A stretch of DNA of 36,329 nucleotides, taken from positions 1-36,329 of the IMG/VR virus record IMGVR_UViG_3300035042_000092, one strand, 5' to 3'. The position numbers and the translations under genes were made by a program. The notes under the pieces were generated by a model, which was not told where the DNA came from, did not search any database, and saw only the letters and a program-made list of their open reading frames with translations. Source of the stretch: a virus. Its lineage: Duplodnaviria > Caudoviricetes. This document shows, one piece after another, positions 1 through 9,056 of this stretch (positions are counted from its first letter, which is position 1; each line of letters begins with the position of its first letter).

Positions 1-101
1 AGCTCGGTCAACGCCTGGCTCATACTGTCGAGTTTTCTCGCCATTGATGCCTGCTGCTCGGCAATTTGTCGTATCATCTGGTCCTGGCTGCGATCTTCCA
101 C
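1..101 (-). CDS. 5' part of a small coiled-coil protein, runs off the window (MEDRSQDQMIRQIAEQQASMARKLDSMSQALTEL...)
   Basis: GTG at 101 preceded by an AGGAG RBS; frame open to the window edge. Confidence 0.45.
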   Translation of the reverse strand, partial: MEDRSQDQMIRQIAEQQASMARKLDSMSQALTE

Positions 102-195
102 GGTTGCTCCTGTTTTGTTGCGTTTTACTATCCGGGGCGCAGGTGGAGAAAGGACCTACGCCCCGGCGTTGCCGGGCGGTAGCGGCTCGGCGTTT

Positions 196-396
196 TTAGT
201 CTTCGGTTTCTTCGTTTTCCTGCTCGTCTTCTTCCTGGTCTGGCTGTGGTTCTTCCGGCTGCACCGGTGGCGCGTAGTTTGTGGCTATTCCGGCGTTGAG
301 CAGGTCGTTTGCTATGTTCTTTTTGCAGTCGATGGTTTCGCCGGGCTTGTGATATTTGCCGCCGTATTTAACGGTTTGATTCAGGGTTACTTTCAT
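196..396 (-). CDS. Small phage protein with acidic tail, directly after the major capsid gene
   Basis: 66-aa ORF, AGGAG RBS, position typical of capsid-adjacent accessory proteins. Confidence 0.65.
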   Translation of the reverse strand: MKVTLNQTVKYGGKYHKPGETIDCKKNIANDLLNAGIATNYAPPVQPEEPQPDQEEDEQENEETED

Positions 397-418
397 GGTT
401 TCTCCTGTGTTTTAGCAA

Positions 419-444
419 GGGCAGGCACAGGGGCCTGCCCCTAC
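419..444 (-). repeat. GTAG-family REP-like palindrome GTAGGGGCAGGCCCCTGTGCCTGCCC
   Basis: GTAG tetranucleotide plus imperfect palindrome; 415-446 is identical to 4945-4976 (32 bp). Confidence 0.75.
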
Positions 445-464
445 GGTTTATGCGTCGCTGCCCA

Positions 465-1610
465 TTACACAACCTTGGCGCTAACGAAGCTGGCGCTGTC
501 GAGCAGGGCGATAAGGGGCGCGGATTGCACCATGACCCACAGGGTTGCAGGGTCTTCAGTAACCCAGGTTTTGGGGAAGCGCGGCACCGCAGCGGTGACG
601 AAGTCTTCAATCGCGCCGTAGAGCTTTTTGTTCTCCGCGCGGGAGCTGCCCATCCAGAGCTTGTCGGTGGGGACAAACTTCTGCTTGACGCCTTCGTCGT
701 CGGTGTAGGTGGCGCCGTAGGTGTAGAGATCGACAAATACGCCGTTGCTGCGGAACTGGCCGAGGTAGGTTACCTGCTCGGGGAGCTGCTGGGGGTTGAT
801 GCGCCCCATCTCGACGGCGCGCATGTCCATCAGGGCCATGAAGTCATCGTTTTTGCGCAGGGCTGTCCATACGCTATCGCCCAGGACGGCTACATCCGGG
901 GTTTTGTCGCACAGGGCGGCGAACTCCTCGAAATCGGCAACGGGGTCGCTGCCTGCGTCGGTCCACAGATCGGTACCGGTGAGGGTGACAATGTTGGCGG
1001 TGGGCATCTGGAAGTCGATGTAGGCATCGACGCCCTCGCCCACTACGTGGATTTTGCCGGTGTTGAGGGCTTCGGCGGCCATGGCTTCCTCGCGCCGGGT
1101 GATGGCGTCGTCCAGGTCGGCGAGCTTGGCTCCCACTTTCTGCTGGGCGCGCTGCTCGGGGCTGAGATCCTGCTGGTAGATGGTCTCGCCGGGGTTGGTG
1201 ATGCGCAGATCAGACGGCTTAAAAGGGAACTTGGGCTTGACATACGCGGGCTTAAAGCTGCGGATCTCGCGCGCCTGGGCGTCCATGACCTTGCCAGCCA
1301 CCACAGGGGATACGATCGGGGCGAGGCGTTCATCTCCGGCAATGATCTCGATATCGACATGCTCGGTATCAAACTGTTGGAAGCCTTTGAAGAATGTGCT
1401 CAGGAGGAACTGAGTGGGCGCTTTGCGCTGGCTCAGGGCCTTGAGCATGGTGCGGGTTTCAAATGCTGAGAGCGTACCTGCCGCCATCAGCATCGGGAAG
1501 GTTCCATCCCCGTTGGGGATAGACTCGGCGAATACCGGCCCTCCGCACAGGAACGCGGCTGCAACGCAGACCAGAGAGAGCAGGCCATAAATAAGCATAG
1601 TTCGTTTCAT
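465..1610 (-). CDS. Major capsid protein, lambda gpE family, with hydrophobic N-terminal extension
   Basis: Motifs FLLSTFF, APIVSP, ITRREE(AM)AAEAL, QSAPL; follows the decoration gene; AAGGAG RBS. Confidence 0.92.
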   Translation of the reverse strand: MKRTMLIYGLLSLVCVAAAFLCGGPVFAESIPNGDGTFPMLMAAGTLSAFETRTMLKALSQRKAPTQFLLSTFFKGFQQFDTEHVDIEIIAGDERLAPIVSPVVAGKVMDAQAREIRSFKPAYVKPKFPFKPSDLRITNPGETIYQQDLSPEQRAQQKVGAKLADLDDAITRREEAMAAEALNTGKIHVVGEGVDAYIDFQMPTANIVTLTGTDLWTDAGSDPVADFEEFAALCDKTPDVAVLGDSVWTALRKNDDFMALMDMRAVEMGRINPQQLPEQVTYLGQFRSNGVFVDLYTYGATYTDDEGVKQKFVPTDKLWMGSSRAENKKLYGAIEDFVTAAVPRFPKTWVTEDPATLWVMVQSAPLIALLDSASFVSAKVV

Positions 1611-1623
1611 CGGTTAAACTCCT

Positions 1624-1977
1624 TTACGCAGAGACGTTGGTTTTAGTGAACAGGCTCAGGTCGCGCAGGGCAGCGCGGTGGGTGGCGATGGTATCGGTGC
1701 CACCAAAGATGAGCGCGTCTTCGTTGAACTCGCCAGAGAGGTACACGGGCGCTTCTACTGCGGCTTCGGATGCGTCTACATCTTCGGCAAGGATGCAGTA
1801 GGGGTTTTCGGTGCCGTCGGTGGCGGCGCTGTCTACGAGGACGCCTTCGCCGTCGGCGGTTTTTTCGCCGAGGACCGCGCCACGGCTGAGGGTTTGGCCG
1901 GAGGCTACGGTGATGCCGCCGGTGGTAAGCGGGAATCCGCCTGCGATCAGGTTATCCGGGGTGTAAATTTCACTCAT
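1624..1977 (-). CDS. Head decoration protein (lambda gpD-like)
   Basis: 117 aa; PDNLIAG...GQTLSRGAVLG...ILAEDVDAS...GEFNEDAL; between protease and capsid genes. Confidence 0.88.
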   Translation of the reverse strand: MSEIYTPDNLIAGGFPLTTGGITVASGQTLSRGAVLGEKTADGEGVLVDSAATDGTENPYCILAEDVDASEAAVEAPVYLSGEFNEDALIFGGTDTIATHRAALRDLSLFTKTNVSA

Positions 1978-1989
1978 TGTTGCCTCCTT

Positions 1990-3054
1990 TTATGCCGCGC
2001 CCATGCCGGCGAGCATGTTGTTTGCGATCTCGTCCTGCTTGGCAGCGCCTGCGTCCTGGTTGCCTGGTTCCGACGCGGGGACGTTGATGCCTGTGCCGTC
2101 GTTGCGCATGTTCTGCAGGTTCTGCTGGCCTTTTTCTTTTTCGGCCTGGAGTACCTTAACGGCGGCTTCGGGGCCGGTGGTCTTGCCATCGGCTTTAAGC
2201 TCTGCGATGAGGTCTTCGTGTCCTGGGATGAGCTGTGCTTCTACATCCTGGATACGTTTGAGTTCGGCGGCTGCAGCTTCAGCTTTGATCTGATCGGCGG
2301 CGGCGGTTACCGCGTCTTTTTCAAGCTGTGCCACCAGTTCTGGGTGCTCGTTTTTCAACTGTTCCAGATCCATGGGGGTTGCTCCTTTGTTGGGGGGTTG
2401 GTTGATGGCGGCAGTTGGTGGCCTGCGGCCTGGTGCATTATTTGCGAGTTTGGTTATTTTTTCGGGCGGATGCTTAAACGCGCTGAGGTCGAAGCCATCG
2501 AGGGCGGCGATCTGGGTTTCGTGCTCGATGGTGTCGGCAAAGCCGAGCTCTACCGCCTCAGTGGCGGTCATCCAGGTTTCGGCGCGCATCAGCTCTTTTA
2601 TTTTTTCGTCCGTCTGGCCGGTCTTGGTGGTGTAGCTGGTGACGATGCTGTGCTGGGCTTTGTCGAGCATATCGGCACAGGCGCGCATGTCGGTGGAGTT
2701 TCCGGCGCAGATGCTCATGGGGTCGTGGATCATCATCATGGCGTTTTTAGGCATGATGACTTCATCCCCGGCCATGGCGACAACCGAGGCGATAGAGGCG
2801 GCGAGGCCGTCGATCATAACGGTGACTTTGGCGGGGTGGCGCTTGAGCACGTTGTGGATCACATTGCCTGCGTACACGCTGCCGCCGGGGCTGTTGATAT
2901 GGACGGTGATAGTGGTGAGGTCCCCCAGGGCGTTGAGTTCGTCAATAAAGCCCTTGGCGGTTACTTCATCTTCATCCCAGGCGTAGTTGACGATTACATC
3001 GAAAATGTAGATGTCGGCGTGTTTGGCCTGATTTTTTATTTCGTACCAGTTCAT
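1990..3054 (-). CDS. ClpP-family prohead protease with C-terminal scaffold region
   Basis: INSPGGSV, GLAASIASVV (catalytic Ser), MMIHDP, ETWMTATEAVELGFAD. Confidence 0.93.
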   Translation of the reverse strand: MNWYEIKNQAKHADIYIFDVIVNYAWDEDEVTAKGFIDELNALGDLTTITVHINSPGGSVYAGNVIHNVLKRHPAKVTVMIDGLAASIASVVAMAGDEVIMPKNAMMMIHDPMSICAGNSTDMRACADMLDKAQHSIVTSYTTKTGQTDEKIKELMRAETWMTATEAVELGFADTIEHETQIAALDGFDLSAFKHPPEKITKLANNAPGRRPPTAAINQPPNKGATPMDLEQLKNEHPELVAQLEKDAVTAAADQIKAEAAAAELKRIQDVEAQLIPGHEDLIAELKADGKTTGPEAAVKVLQAEKEKGQQNLQNMRNDGTGINVPASEPGNQDAGAAKQDEIANNMLAGMGAA

Positions 3055-3057
3055 GGC

Positions 3058-4554
3058 TTATGCTCCTGTTGTTTCCGGCGCGATGGCTTCGGTGAGGTTG
3101 TCGCCTTCGCGCATGCGTTGCTCTTTGACGCGCTGGCGGTGGTTGCGCTCGAAGTTGCCGCCGTTAAGTTGGGCTGTTTCCTGCGCGATGGTGCTGAACC
3201 CTTCATCCACGCGGGTGGCGGCGGCTTTGACTTCGACCAGCTCGTTGATCTGGCCGCGTCCGGGGCCTGTCCACTTGGTGCCGAGGTACGCATGGCGGAT
3301 GGCGGGGTCGGTAAAGTAACCGGGCGCGCTGATGCGCCCTTTTGCCACGGCTTCATCCATGAATAATTCGTACACGGGCTGGCAGAAGTAGTCAGCGAGC
3401 CAGGTGCGACGCTTGGTGAAGTATTTCCACGCTTCGTTGAGGGCGGCGCGGCTGGCGCTGTAGCTGGAGGTAAAGTGCTTGACCAGGAGTTCAAACGGTA
3501 GCTCCAGGCGCACACCGATCTGGCGCATGATGGCGAGGACGAAGGGGTCGAAGTTCTGGTTCGGGCGTCCGGGGTTGGCGGTTTCGATGCTTTCGCCCTG
3601 GGCGAGATCGACCACCATGCCGTTGCCGAGGTTCAAGGGGTTCTTGGTGTCTGCCGGGGCTTGACCGGCGGGGCTGTAGGCACCAGCACCGTTGGCAAAC
3701 GGCCCCTGCCCTGATTCTGATTTTACAAACACGGTAAACATGCTGCTGACCACAGCGGCCATTATTTCGGCCTCGGTGTAGCGGCCCAGCTGTTTGACCA
3801 GCTCGATAATGGGGGCAAGGTACGGCACCCCGCGCGATTGATCGGGGCGCAGGGTGAAAAAGTTTTGTATTACCTGACGACGCCCGGACTGCTTACCGAA
3901 TACATCGACGATATCCCATTCCTGCGCACGGTAGAGGGCGCTGCCGGGGTGGTATTTCATGATGTGGATTTTGCTGGGTGCGCCGTCTGCATCGCGTTCG
4001 ATACCACCGGCAAGGCCGGGGCGGTCGGCGCAGTTGCCCTGATTGCCTACGCGGTCGGCCTCGACTATTTTGAGCTTGAGTTCGTAGGGTGATTCGGGGC
4101 GTTGACGCCAGGGTGTGAGGGTGAAGACGTCGCCGTTTTCGAGGGTGGAGCGGAACACCAGCTCTTGCAAGCCGTAAAAGTTGAGGGTGCGGTTCATGTC
4201 GCAGTGTTTGGCGAACAGGGCGAACTCGCGCTCGGTCCTGGATTCCCAGCGGTCGGCTTCTTCCTGGCTGAGGCGCAGGATGTCGCGGTCGATGGTGGAT
4301 TGCAGGGTAAGCCCGCTGCCCACCACGCTGGTGATGTTGGTTTCTACCGCGCCACCGGCAAGGCCGTTGTTGCGAATCAGGTCGCGCGAGTGCTGGCGCA
4401 GCGTGGGCAGATCGGCAAGGGTGTCGGCGTCGGCGTCGCCGGAGGTTACTTGCCAGTTTGCAAAGGCACGGCGGCCGCGATCCGCGCCGGTATAGGCGTT
4501 GGTTACGCGGGGGTATTGTTTGCCGATGCGGCAGTTGCTGCTGGGGGTAATCAT
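3058..4554 (-). CDS. Portal protein, lambda family
   Basis: LRQHSRDLIRNN, RPDQSRGVP, SYSASRAAL, FCQPVY motifs; 498 aa. Confidence 0.93.
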   Translation of the reverse strand: MITPSSNCRIGKQYPRVTNAYTGADRGRRAFANWQVTSGDADADTLADLPTLRQHSRDLIRNNGLAGGAVETNITSVVGSGLTLQSTIDRDILRLSQEEADRWESRTEREFALFAKHCDMNRTLNFYGLQELVFRSTLENGDVFTLTPWRQRPESPYELKLKIVEADRVGNQGNCADRPGLAGGIERDADGAPSKIHIMKYHPGSALYRAQEWDIVDVFGKQSGRRQVIQNFFTLRPDQSRGVPYLAPIIELVKQLGRYTEAEIMAAVVSSMFTVFVKSESGQGPFANGAGAYSPAGQAPADTKNPLNLGNGMVVDLAQGESIETANPGRPNQNFDPFVLAIMRQIGVRLELPFELLVKHFTSSYSASRAALNEAWKYFTKRRTWLADYFCQPVYELFMDEAVAKGRISAPGYFTDPAIRHAYLGTKWTGPGRGQINELVEVKAAATRVDEGFSTIAQETAQLNGGNFERNHRQRVKEQRMREGDNLTEAIAPETTGA

Positions 4555-4769
4555 AACGGCACCCCATGATGCACACGCGAGCGCCCGGAGAGCTGGGCAA
4601 CTTTTTTCTCCCAGTAGTCGATGCGCTTGGATATTGCAGCGAGATCGGCACGGGTTACCTGGCGCCGGTTGCCACCGCTATCGATGGTGTAGCTTTCGGT
4701 GGCGGCGAGTTCTTCCTGCTCGTGCCAGTAATCAAGCTTGCGCTGTGCTGTGGCTAAATCGAGGGGCAT
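4551..4769 (-). CDS. Head-tail joining protein (gpW-like)
   Basis: SYTID..RQVTRADLAAI motif; directly upstream of portal with ATGA overlap; start taken at MPLDL. Confidence 0.8.
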   Translation of the reverse strand: MPLDLATAQRKLDYWHEQEELAATESYTIDSGGNRRQVTRADLAAISKRIDYWEKKVAQLSGRSRVHHGVPL

Positions 4770-4912
4770 TAAAGGCTCCGCGCGTTGCAAAAAAGAGTTT
4801 TTTTGTAATCGTGCGGCTATTATGCGGGGTATTTTATAGGGGAGAAAGTGGGCAATGGTGTGTATATGTAGGGTTTTGCGGAGAGATTTACGCTAGATGT
4901 GGTGGTTTGGGG

Positions 4913-4950
4913 AGGTTCAAGGGGCAAGGTTTCAGGTTCAAGGGGCAAGG
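4913..4950. repeat. Degenerate 7-nt tandem repeat (NNNNAGG)
   Basis: aggttcaaggggcaaggtttcaggttcaagg; near-identical tract at 8750-8780, related tracts at ~13266-13297 and (reversed) ~15935-15968. Confidence 0.6.
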
Positions 4951-5013
4951 GCAGGCACAGGGGCCTGCCCCTACGGGTGGGGTTGTAGGGTGGGCATTGC
5001 CCACCGGGGTTAT
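4949..5013. repeat. Back-to-back pair of GTAG REP-like palindromes
   Basis: Minus-strand GTAGGGGCAGGCCCCTGTGCCTGCCC (4949-4974) and plus-strand GTAGGGTGGGCATTGCCCACC (4985-5005). Confidence 0.75.
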
Positions 5014-5432
5014 TTGGCGATGTTTGCGCCGCACTTCTCCAGCACCTCGCGGTATTCGGTGACGATCCCGTGGGGCTGCCAGAAGCGGTAAGCGACGTCC
5101 TGGATCGCAATCTTCCCGGCAAGGGTGAGGGCGTCGATCCGTTCTCTGAACTCACGCGCGTCAACGTCCCACTTCTTGTCGAGCCTGTCCATTTCGCCGG
5201 ACTCTATTATGTCGGAGCCGAGGAACAGGGCTTGCCTCCCTTCGAGGACAACGCCGTTAAGCATGTCCATGAGGTAAAGCCATTCTGATTCCTTTAAGGT
5301 GGGCATGGCGTCGGCGATAATCGCTTGCCAGTCCTTGATGATCCCCACGAGGCGCTGGGAGAAGCCGCCGGAATCGGACGCGCCGATGATGGGCATTATT
5401 CCGTCTGGTAGATAGATGGATTTTCTTGGCAT
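5010..5432 (-). CDS. Hypothetical protein with ribbon-helix-helix-like N-terminus; candidate autoregulator
   Basis: MPRKSIYLPD beta-strand start; AAGGAGG RBS; last gene of a promoter-driven insert. Confidence 0.6.
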   Translation of the reverse strand: MPRKSIYLPDGIMPIIGASDSGGFSQRLVGIIKDWQAIIADAMPTLKESEWLYLMDMLNGVVLEGRQALFLGSDIIESGEMDRLDKKWDVDAREFRERIDALTLAGKIAIQDVAYRFWQPHGIVTEYREVLEKCGANIAK

Positions 5433-5488
5433 GTTTCCTCCTTAAAAGTAAGCCCCTCCGGAGAGGGGCGGGTAGGGGTAGGGGGTAG

Positions 5489-5671
5489 CTATTCTTCGAC
5501 CGGACGAATTGTCCAGCCGTTATCCTTTGGAAAAATTATATCAACCGGCTTCCCGGCCTCCCCTTTGCGGGGAGATTGGGTTATTGTAACCCCATCGTCA
5601 GATGAGAAAAACACGAGGCCCAGCGGCCCCGCTGCAACTTCAATAAACGCTTCAAACTTTTCCATGGTCAT
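5489..5671 (-). CDS. Small hypothetical protein
   Basis: 60-aa ORF with AAGGAG RBS. Confidence 0.6.
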   Translation of the reverse strand: MTMEKFEAFIEVAAGPLGLVFFSSDDGVTITQSPRKGEAGKPVDIIFPKDNGWTIRPVEE

Positions 5672-5723
5672 TCTCCTTTCTGTTTATTGCCCCGACCGGA
5701 GCCGGGGCTGTAGTAAGTAGTAA

Positions 5724-6611
5724 TCAGATGGTATGGTCTTCAAGCATGGCATATCCTCGTGCTACTTCCTGCTTGTGCCGCCGCAGTGCGACGGCTACTG
5801 CAAGTCTGACGCGGGGTGCATCGCCGTCGTTCATAAGAGTCATCAAATCGCTGGGCTTGTAGTGTTTTGCCGGGTCAAGGTGGTGCCGTTTGGCGAAGCT
5901 GATGGTTCCGTATTTGCAGTTGCCTGCCTTAATAGAGTCTTTTGCACATACCATACACCCTTCTTTTTCAGCGGTGAGGATAGCTTTTTTGTCGGCGCGT
6001 GCTTTCTTGCGCTCCTCGACTCTGATTTTGTGGTTTTCCCGCGCTTTCCGGGCGAGATCGTGCCCGTCATAATTATTTAGATCATCGCTGTTGACATGGT
6101 AGTCAATGTCGTTGTTGCGATTTGCGACGAGCCTTAGCCCGTTATTATCTACATCCCAGTGATAACCTCTTGGAGCTTTCAGATGGGTTGGGGTGTTCAG
6201 CGCGAAATTCCAGATAATAGTCTGTCCGCTGTTGATGATCAGGGCACTGGACGTAACGATTGGTATATATGTCCAATAGTGGAACGTGCAACGGCTGGAA
6301 TACTCGCCGTTGTCTATTTCGTCGCAACTCAGAGTGTGGCGGGTTTTTATCGGGCGTGGGTCCAGCCAGTTACGCCGTCGTGGGTACTTTTTCTGATTAT
6401 ATTCTTCAGTGTACCGTATGGATTCTGGGCCGAGTGGCACGAGAGTGGACCGGCGCAAGAGCCTTTCAGATACAGGCAGACTCAAGGTGTCCTGGGTTTG
6501 TTTCCAAGAGGCACGCTCTTCGTGGCGTGCCATGGCGCTTTTTATCGTCCCCTGTAATTTCCCTTCTATTTTCAGGACAGACAGCTTTTTCCTCAGTCGG
6601 TTTTTATTCAT
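5724..6611 (-). CDS. Basic hypothetical protein
   Basis: 295-aa ORF with AAGGAGG RBS, lower GC than flanking genes. Confidence 0.75.
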   Translation of the reverse strand: MNKNRLRKKLSVLKIEGKLQGTIKSAMARHEERASWKQTQDTLSLPVSERLLRRSTLVPLGPESIRYTEEYNQKKYPRRRNWLDPRPIKTRHTLSCDEIDNGEYSSRCTFHYWTYIPIVTSSALIINSGQTIIWNFALNTPTHLKAPRGYHWDVDNNGLRLVANRNNDIDYHVNSDDLNNYDGHDLARKARENHKIRVEERKKARADKKAILTAEKEGCMVCAKDSIKAGNCKYGTISFAKRHHLDPAKHYKPSDLMTLMNDGDAPRVRLAVAVALRRHKQEVARGYAMLEDHTI

Positions 6612-6681
6612 AGTATCCTCCTTCCCCCTTTTTCGGGGCTTCAGGTTTCGGGGATCGGCTTATCCGTTCCCCTTTCTTGTG

Positions 6682-6713
6682 TGTAATACTATCATACTGT
6701 ATTACATTGTCAA
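6682..6713 (-). promoter_or_regulatory. Sigma70-type promoter with overlapping operator-like inverted repeat
   Basis: TTGACA (6713-6708), 16 nt, TGn-TAGTAT (6691-6686); TGTAATAC-N9-GTATTACA at 6682-6706. Confidence 0.7.
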
Positions 6714-6751
6714 CAATATACAGCACTTTTTCTTTTTATCATGTCGTTTTT

Positions 6752-6967
6752 TTACCCTTCCCTGGGCAGCCAATCCGGATAATCACCGTTGAAGGATTTT
6801 ATGCCGTCGAAGAAGTCTTTGTAGAATTTATAAATGTCGGTACCGATGTTGATGGTGGTGTTTTCGGTGCGGGGGTTGGTGTTGATGTTGGCGCTGGATT
6901 CGATGGCGAAATCAAATTTATCGCCGGTTCCGGCGTAAATTTTTGAGTGGTTTTTGAATACGCACAC
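6752..6967 (-). pseudogene. C-terminal remnant of a phospholipase-D-fold (HKD-like) protein
   Basis: NHSKIY...IESSANINTNPRTEN; no RBS, 5' end abuts the REP at 6977-7011. Confidence 0.5.
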
Positions 6968-6976
6968 GCGCCCGGA

Positions 6977-7011
6977 GGGGTTGTAGGGTGGGCATTGCCC
7001 ACCGGGGTTAT
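6977..7011 (+). repeat. REP-containing 35-bp direct repeat, copy of 4979-5013
   Basis: ggggttgtagggtgggcattgcccaccggggttat at both positions. Confidence 0.85.
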
Positions 7012-7030
7012 GGGGTGTGGTGGGCGGTGG

Positions 7031-7399
7031 TTATTCGTGTGCCATAAACTCTATTGGCATGCCAATATTACGTGCGATATTTATTTCTGCCTGTACCCCG
7101 ACAGACTCCCGCCAGCCATCCTGCATCAGAACAACCATTTTGCTACACGACTGCAGCATGGTTAGGCAATACCCCTGCCAGAACTCCCAGTCTTTTGGCA
7201 TTTCGCCAGCCATGGCAATCGGATGGGTGTGGCTTATTGGGGAATAGATGTACAAACCTTCCCGCATTAAACTGGCTGCCACGCGGTTAACTTCCAGAAA
7301 TCGGTAATTTCTGATTTCAGCCTCGGCGTGGCTATACGGTGTCGCAAGGTATATCAGTCCACTGCCGGATGTGGTGCATGCTCCTATTTCGTTTTGCAT
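7031..7399 (-). CDS. DUF1937-like / nucleoside deoxyribosyltransferase-fold protein
   Basis: IYLATPYSH, YSPISHTHPI, GWRESVGVQAEI motifs. Confidence 0.75.
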   Translation of the reverse strand: MQNEIGACTTSGSGLIYLATPYSHAEAEIRNYRFLEVNRVAASLMREGLYIYSPISHTHPIAMAGEMPKDWEFWQGYCLTMLQSCSKMVVLMQDGWRESVGVQAEINIARNIGMPIEFMAHE

Positions 7400-7420
7400 A
7401 AAATCTCCATGTTTTTTAGG

Positions 7421-8731
7421 TTATGCGCGCGCTTTGCTGATCTGGTCGAAGGTTTTGCCGGTGGATTGGAGGGTGGCGGTTTTGCCGGTGAAATTTTGCC
7501 AGCGTTGGATGATTACGTCGCAGTATTTTGGGTCAAGCTCGAGGCCGTAGCATATGCGCCCGGTTTTTTCTGCGGCTATGAGCGTGGTGCCGGAGCCAAG
7601 AAAAAGATCAAGTACACCCTGCCCGCGCCTGCTGCTGTTTTTGATGGCGCGTACCACCAGGTCTACTGGCTTCATGGTCGGGTGCAAATCGTTCACTTTT
7701 GTTTTTGATATCTCCCAGATGGATGGCAACTCTATCTCCCAAACGTCACGCTCGTTTTTCTTGCCGTACCAGTTGTGCTCCATGTTCCAGCCATAGAATA
7801 TGGGGTCAAAATCGTCGGCATAACCGGTGATTATTGGTTCGTATAGCGATTTATAGTCTGAGTTTGAAAGGTTTATGTTGTTCTTTTTCCAGACAATCAT
7901 GCTGCGCCAGCGCAAGCCTTGGACATTTATCGCAGAGAGAATTCTGTCGATGCCGAGGCGATAAAAACAGATATACCATGGGCCAGCGCAAAACTCCCTG
8001 ACGGCGAGGCAGATATTGCGAAGAAACTTGTCACCTTCCTCGCGGGAAAGATTATCGTTTTCTATTTTTTTATGCTGTGAGTTCTTGGGGCGCTTTCCTC
8101 CTGTTTTTGATGGCGGCGAGCCGACAAAATCCATGAGATAAGGCGGATCAGTAAAACACATATCTGCTTTGCCCCCCCCCAGGAGCAAATCAAGGTTTTC
8201 GTGGGATAGGCTGTCGCCACACATGATGCGGTGGCCATCACAGCACCAGATGTCGCCGAGGGCGGTAACAACCTCTCCTTCCTCTGGCACTTCCGGCACT
8301 TCGTCTGGATCTGTTTCGCCCAGGGTGTCTGGGATGATCTGCATCAGTTCGCCGACCTCTACATCTGAAAAACCGGTGAGAGCTATTTCAAATTCCTGGT
8401 TGAGCAGCTGCTGGAATTCATGCGCGAGGGTTTCGTTGTCCCAGCTCGAGTTCTCCGCCAGCTTATTATCCGCAATCACATACGCGCGTTTTTGTGCTTC
8501 GCTCAGATGTCCGAGGCGGATGCAGGGGACTTGATCGATGCCGAGTTGCTTGGCGGCCATTACTCTGCCGTGACCTGCTATGATGCCGCCGTCTTTGTCG
8601 ATCAGAACGGGGTTGGTGAAGCCGAACTCCTGGATGCTGTTGGCTACCTGGGTGATTTGTTCGGCGCTGTGGGTGCGGCTGTTGCGCGCGTATGGGGTGA
8701 GGTCGTTGATGGGTATTTGTTCGATTTTCAT
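7421..8731 (-). CDS. ParB-N domain fused to N6A/N4C DNA methyltransferase
   Basis: PYARNSRTHS..IIAGHGR..IADNKL (ParB-like); TDPPY, HPTMKPV, VLDLFLGSGTTLIAA; start at MKIEQI. Confidence 0.92.
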   Translation of the reverse strand: MKIEQIPINDLTPYARNSRTHSAEQITQVANSIQEFGFTNPVLIDKDGGIIAGHGRVMAAKQLGIDQVPCIRLGHLSEAQKRAYVIADNKLAENSSWDNETLAHEFQQLLNQEFEIALTGFSDVEVGELMQIIPDTLGETDPDEVPEVPEEGEVVTALGDIWCCDGHRIMCGDSLSHENLDLLLGGGKADMCFTDPPYLMDFVGSPPSKTGGKRPKNSQHKKIENDNLSREEGDKFLRNICLAVREFCAGPWYICFYRLGIDRILSAINVQGLRWRSMIVWKKNNINLSNSDYKSLYEPIITGYADDFDPIFYGWNMEHNWYGKKNERDVWEIELPSIWEISKTKVNDLHPTMKPVDLVVRAIKNSSRRGQGVLDLFLGSGTTLIAAEKTGRICYGLELDPKYCDVIIQRWQNFTGKTATLQSTGKTFDQISKARA

Positions 8732-8781
8732 GGGGTTTCTCCGGTGGTTAGGTTCAAGGTGCAAGGTTTCAGGTTCAAGGT

Positions 8782-8802
8782 GGTGGGACGTGCCCACCCT
8801 AC
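8782..8802 (-). repeat. GTAG REP-like palindrome GTAGGGTGGGCACGTCCCACC
   Basis: Variant of the 4985/6983 element; its TAG is the stop codon of 8799-9056. Confidence 0.7.
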
Positions 8803-9056
8803 CGCTGCCAGTATTCTTCGGGGATCTCGATATCCTGGGCGTAATCCATGAGGGATTTGGCGGATATTACGTAGCCTTTGCGGCCTGGGTTATCGGAGCG
8901 GGCGGTGAGGTTGCCGTCTTTTACGCAGTTTAGGACTTTGCGCTCGCTGTAGCCGAGGATGGCGGCGGTGGTTTTTACGTCGAAGCTTAAGGCTTCAAGA
9001 ATTACCTGGCGTTTTACTTCGTCGATTTCGGAGAGGGTGATTTTGCGCGGGGTCAT
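8799..9056 (-). CDS. Helix-turn-helix (excisionase/MerR-like) DNA-binding protein
   Basis: FDVKTTAAILGYSERKVLNCVKDGNL; ATGA overlap with terminase. Confidence 0.75.
   Translation of the reverse strand: MTPRKITLSEIDEVKRQVILEALSFDVKTTAAILGYSERKVLNCVKDGNLTARSDNPGRKGYVISAKSLMDYAQDIEIPEEYWQR

Noticed and set aside
132-166. Hairpin CCGGGGCGCAGGT...ACCTACGCCCCGG as riboswitch or attC
   Set aside because: No AAC/GTT boxes and no aptamer motif recognised; probably a simple intergenic stem-loop.
450-3366. Long plus-strand ORFs (339 aa, 562 aa) and similar antisense ORFs elsewhere
   Set aside because: Shadow frames opposite well-supported head genes, with no recognisable motifs.
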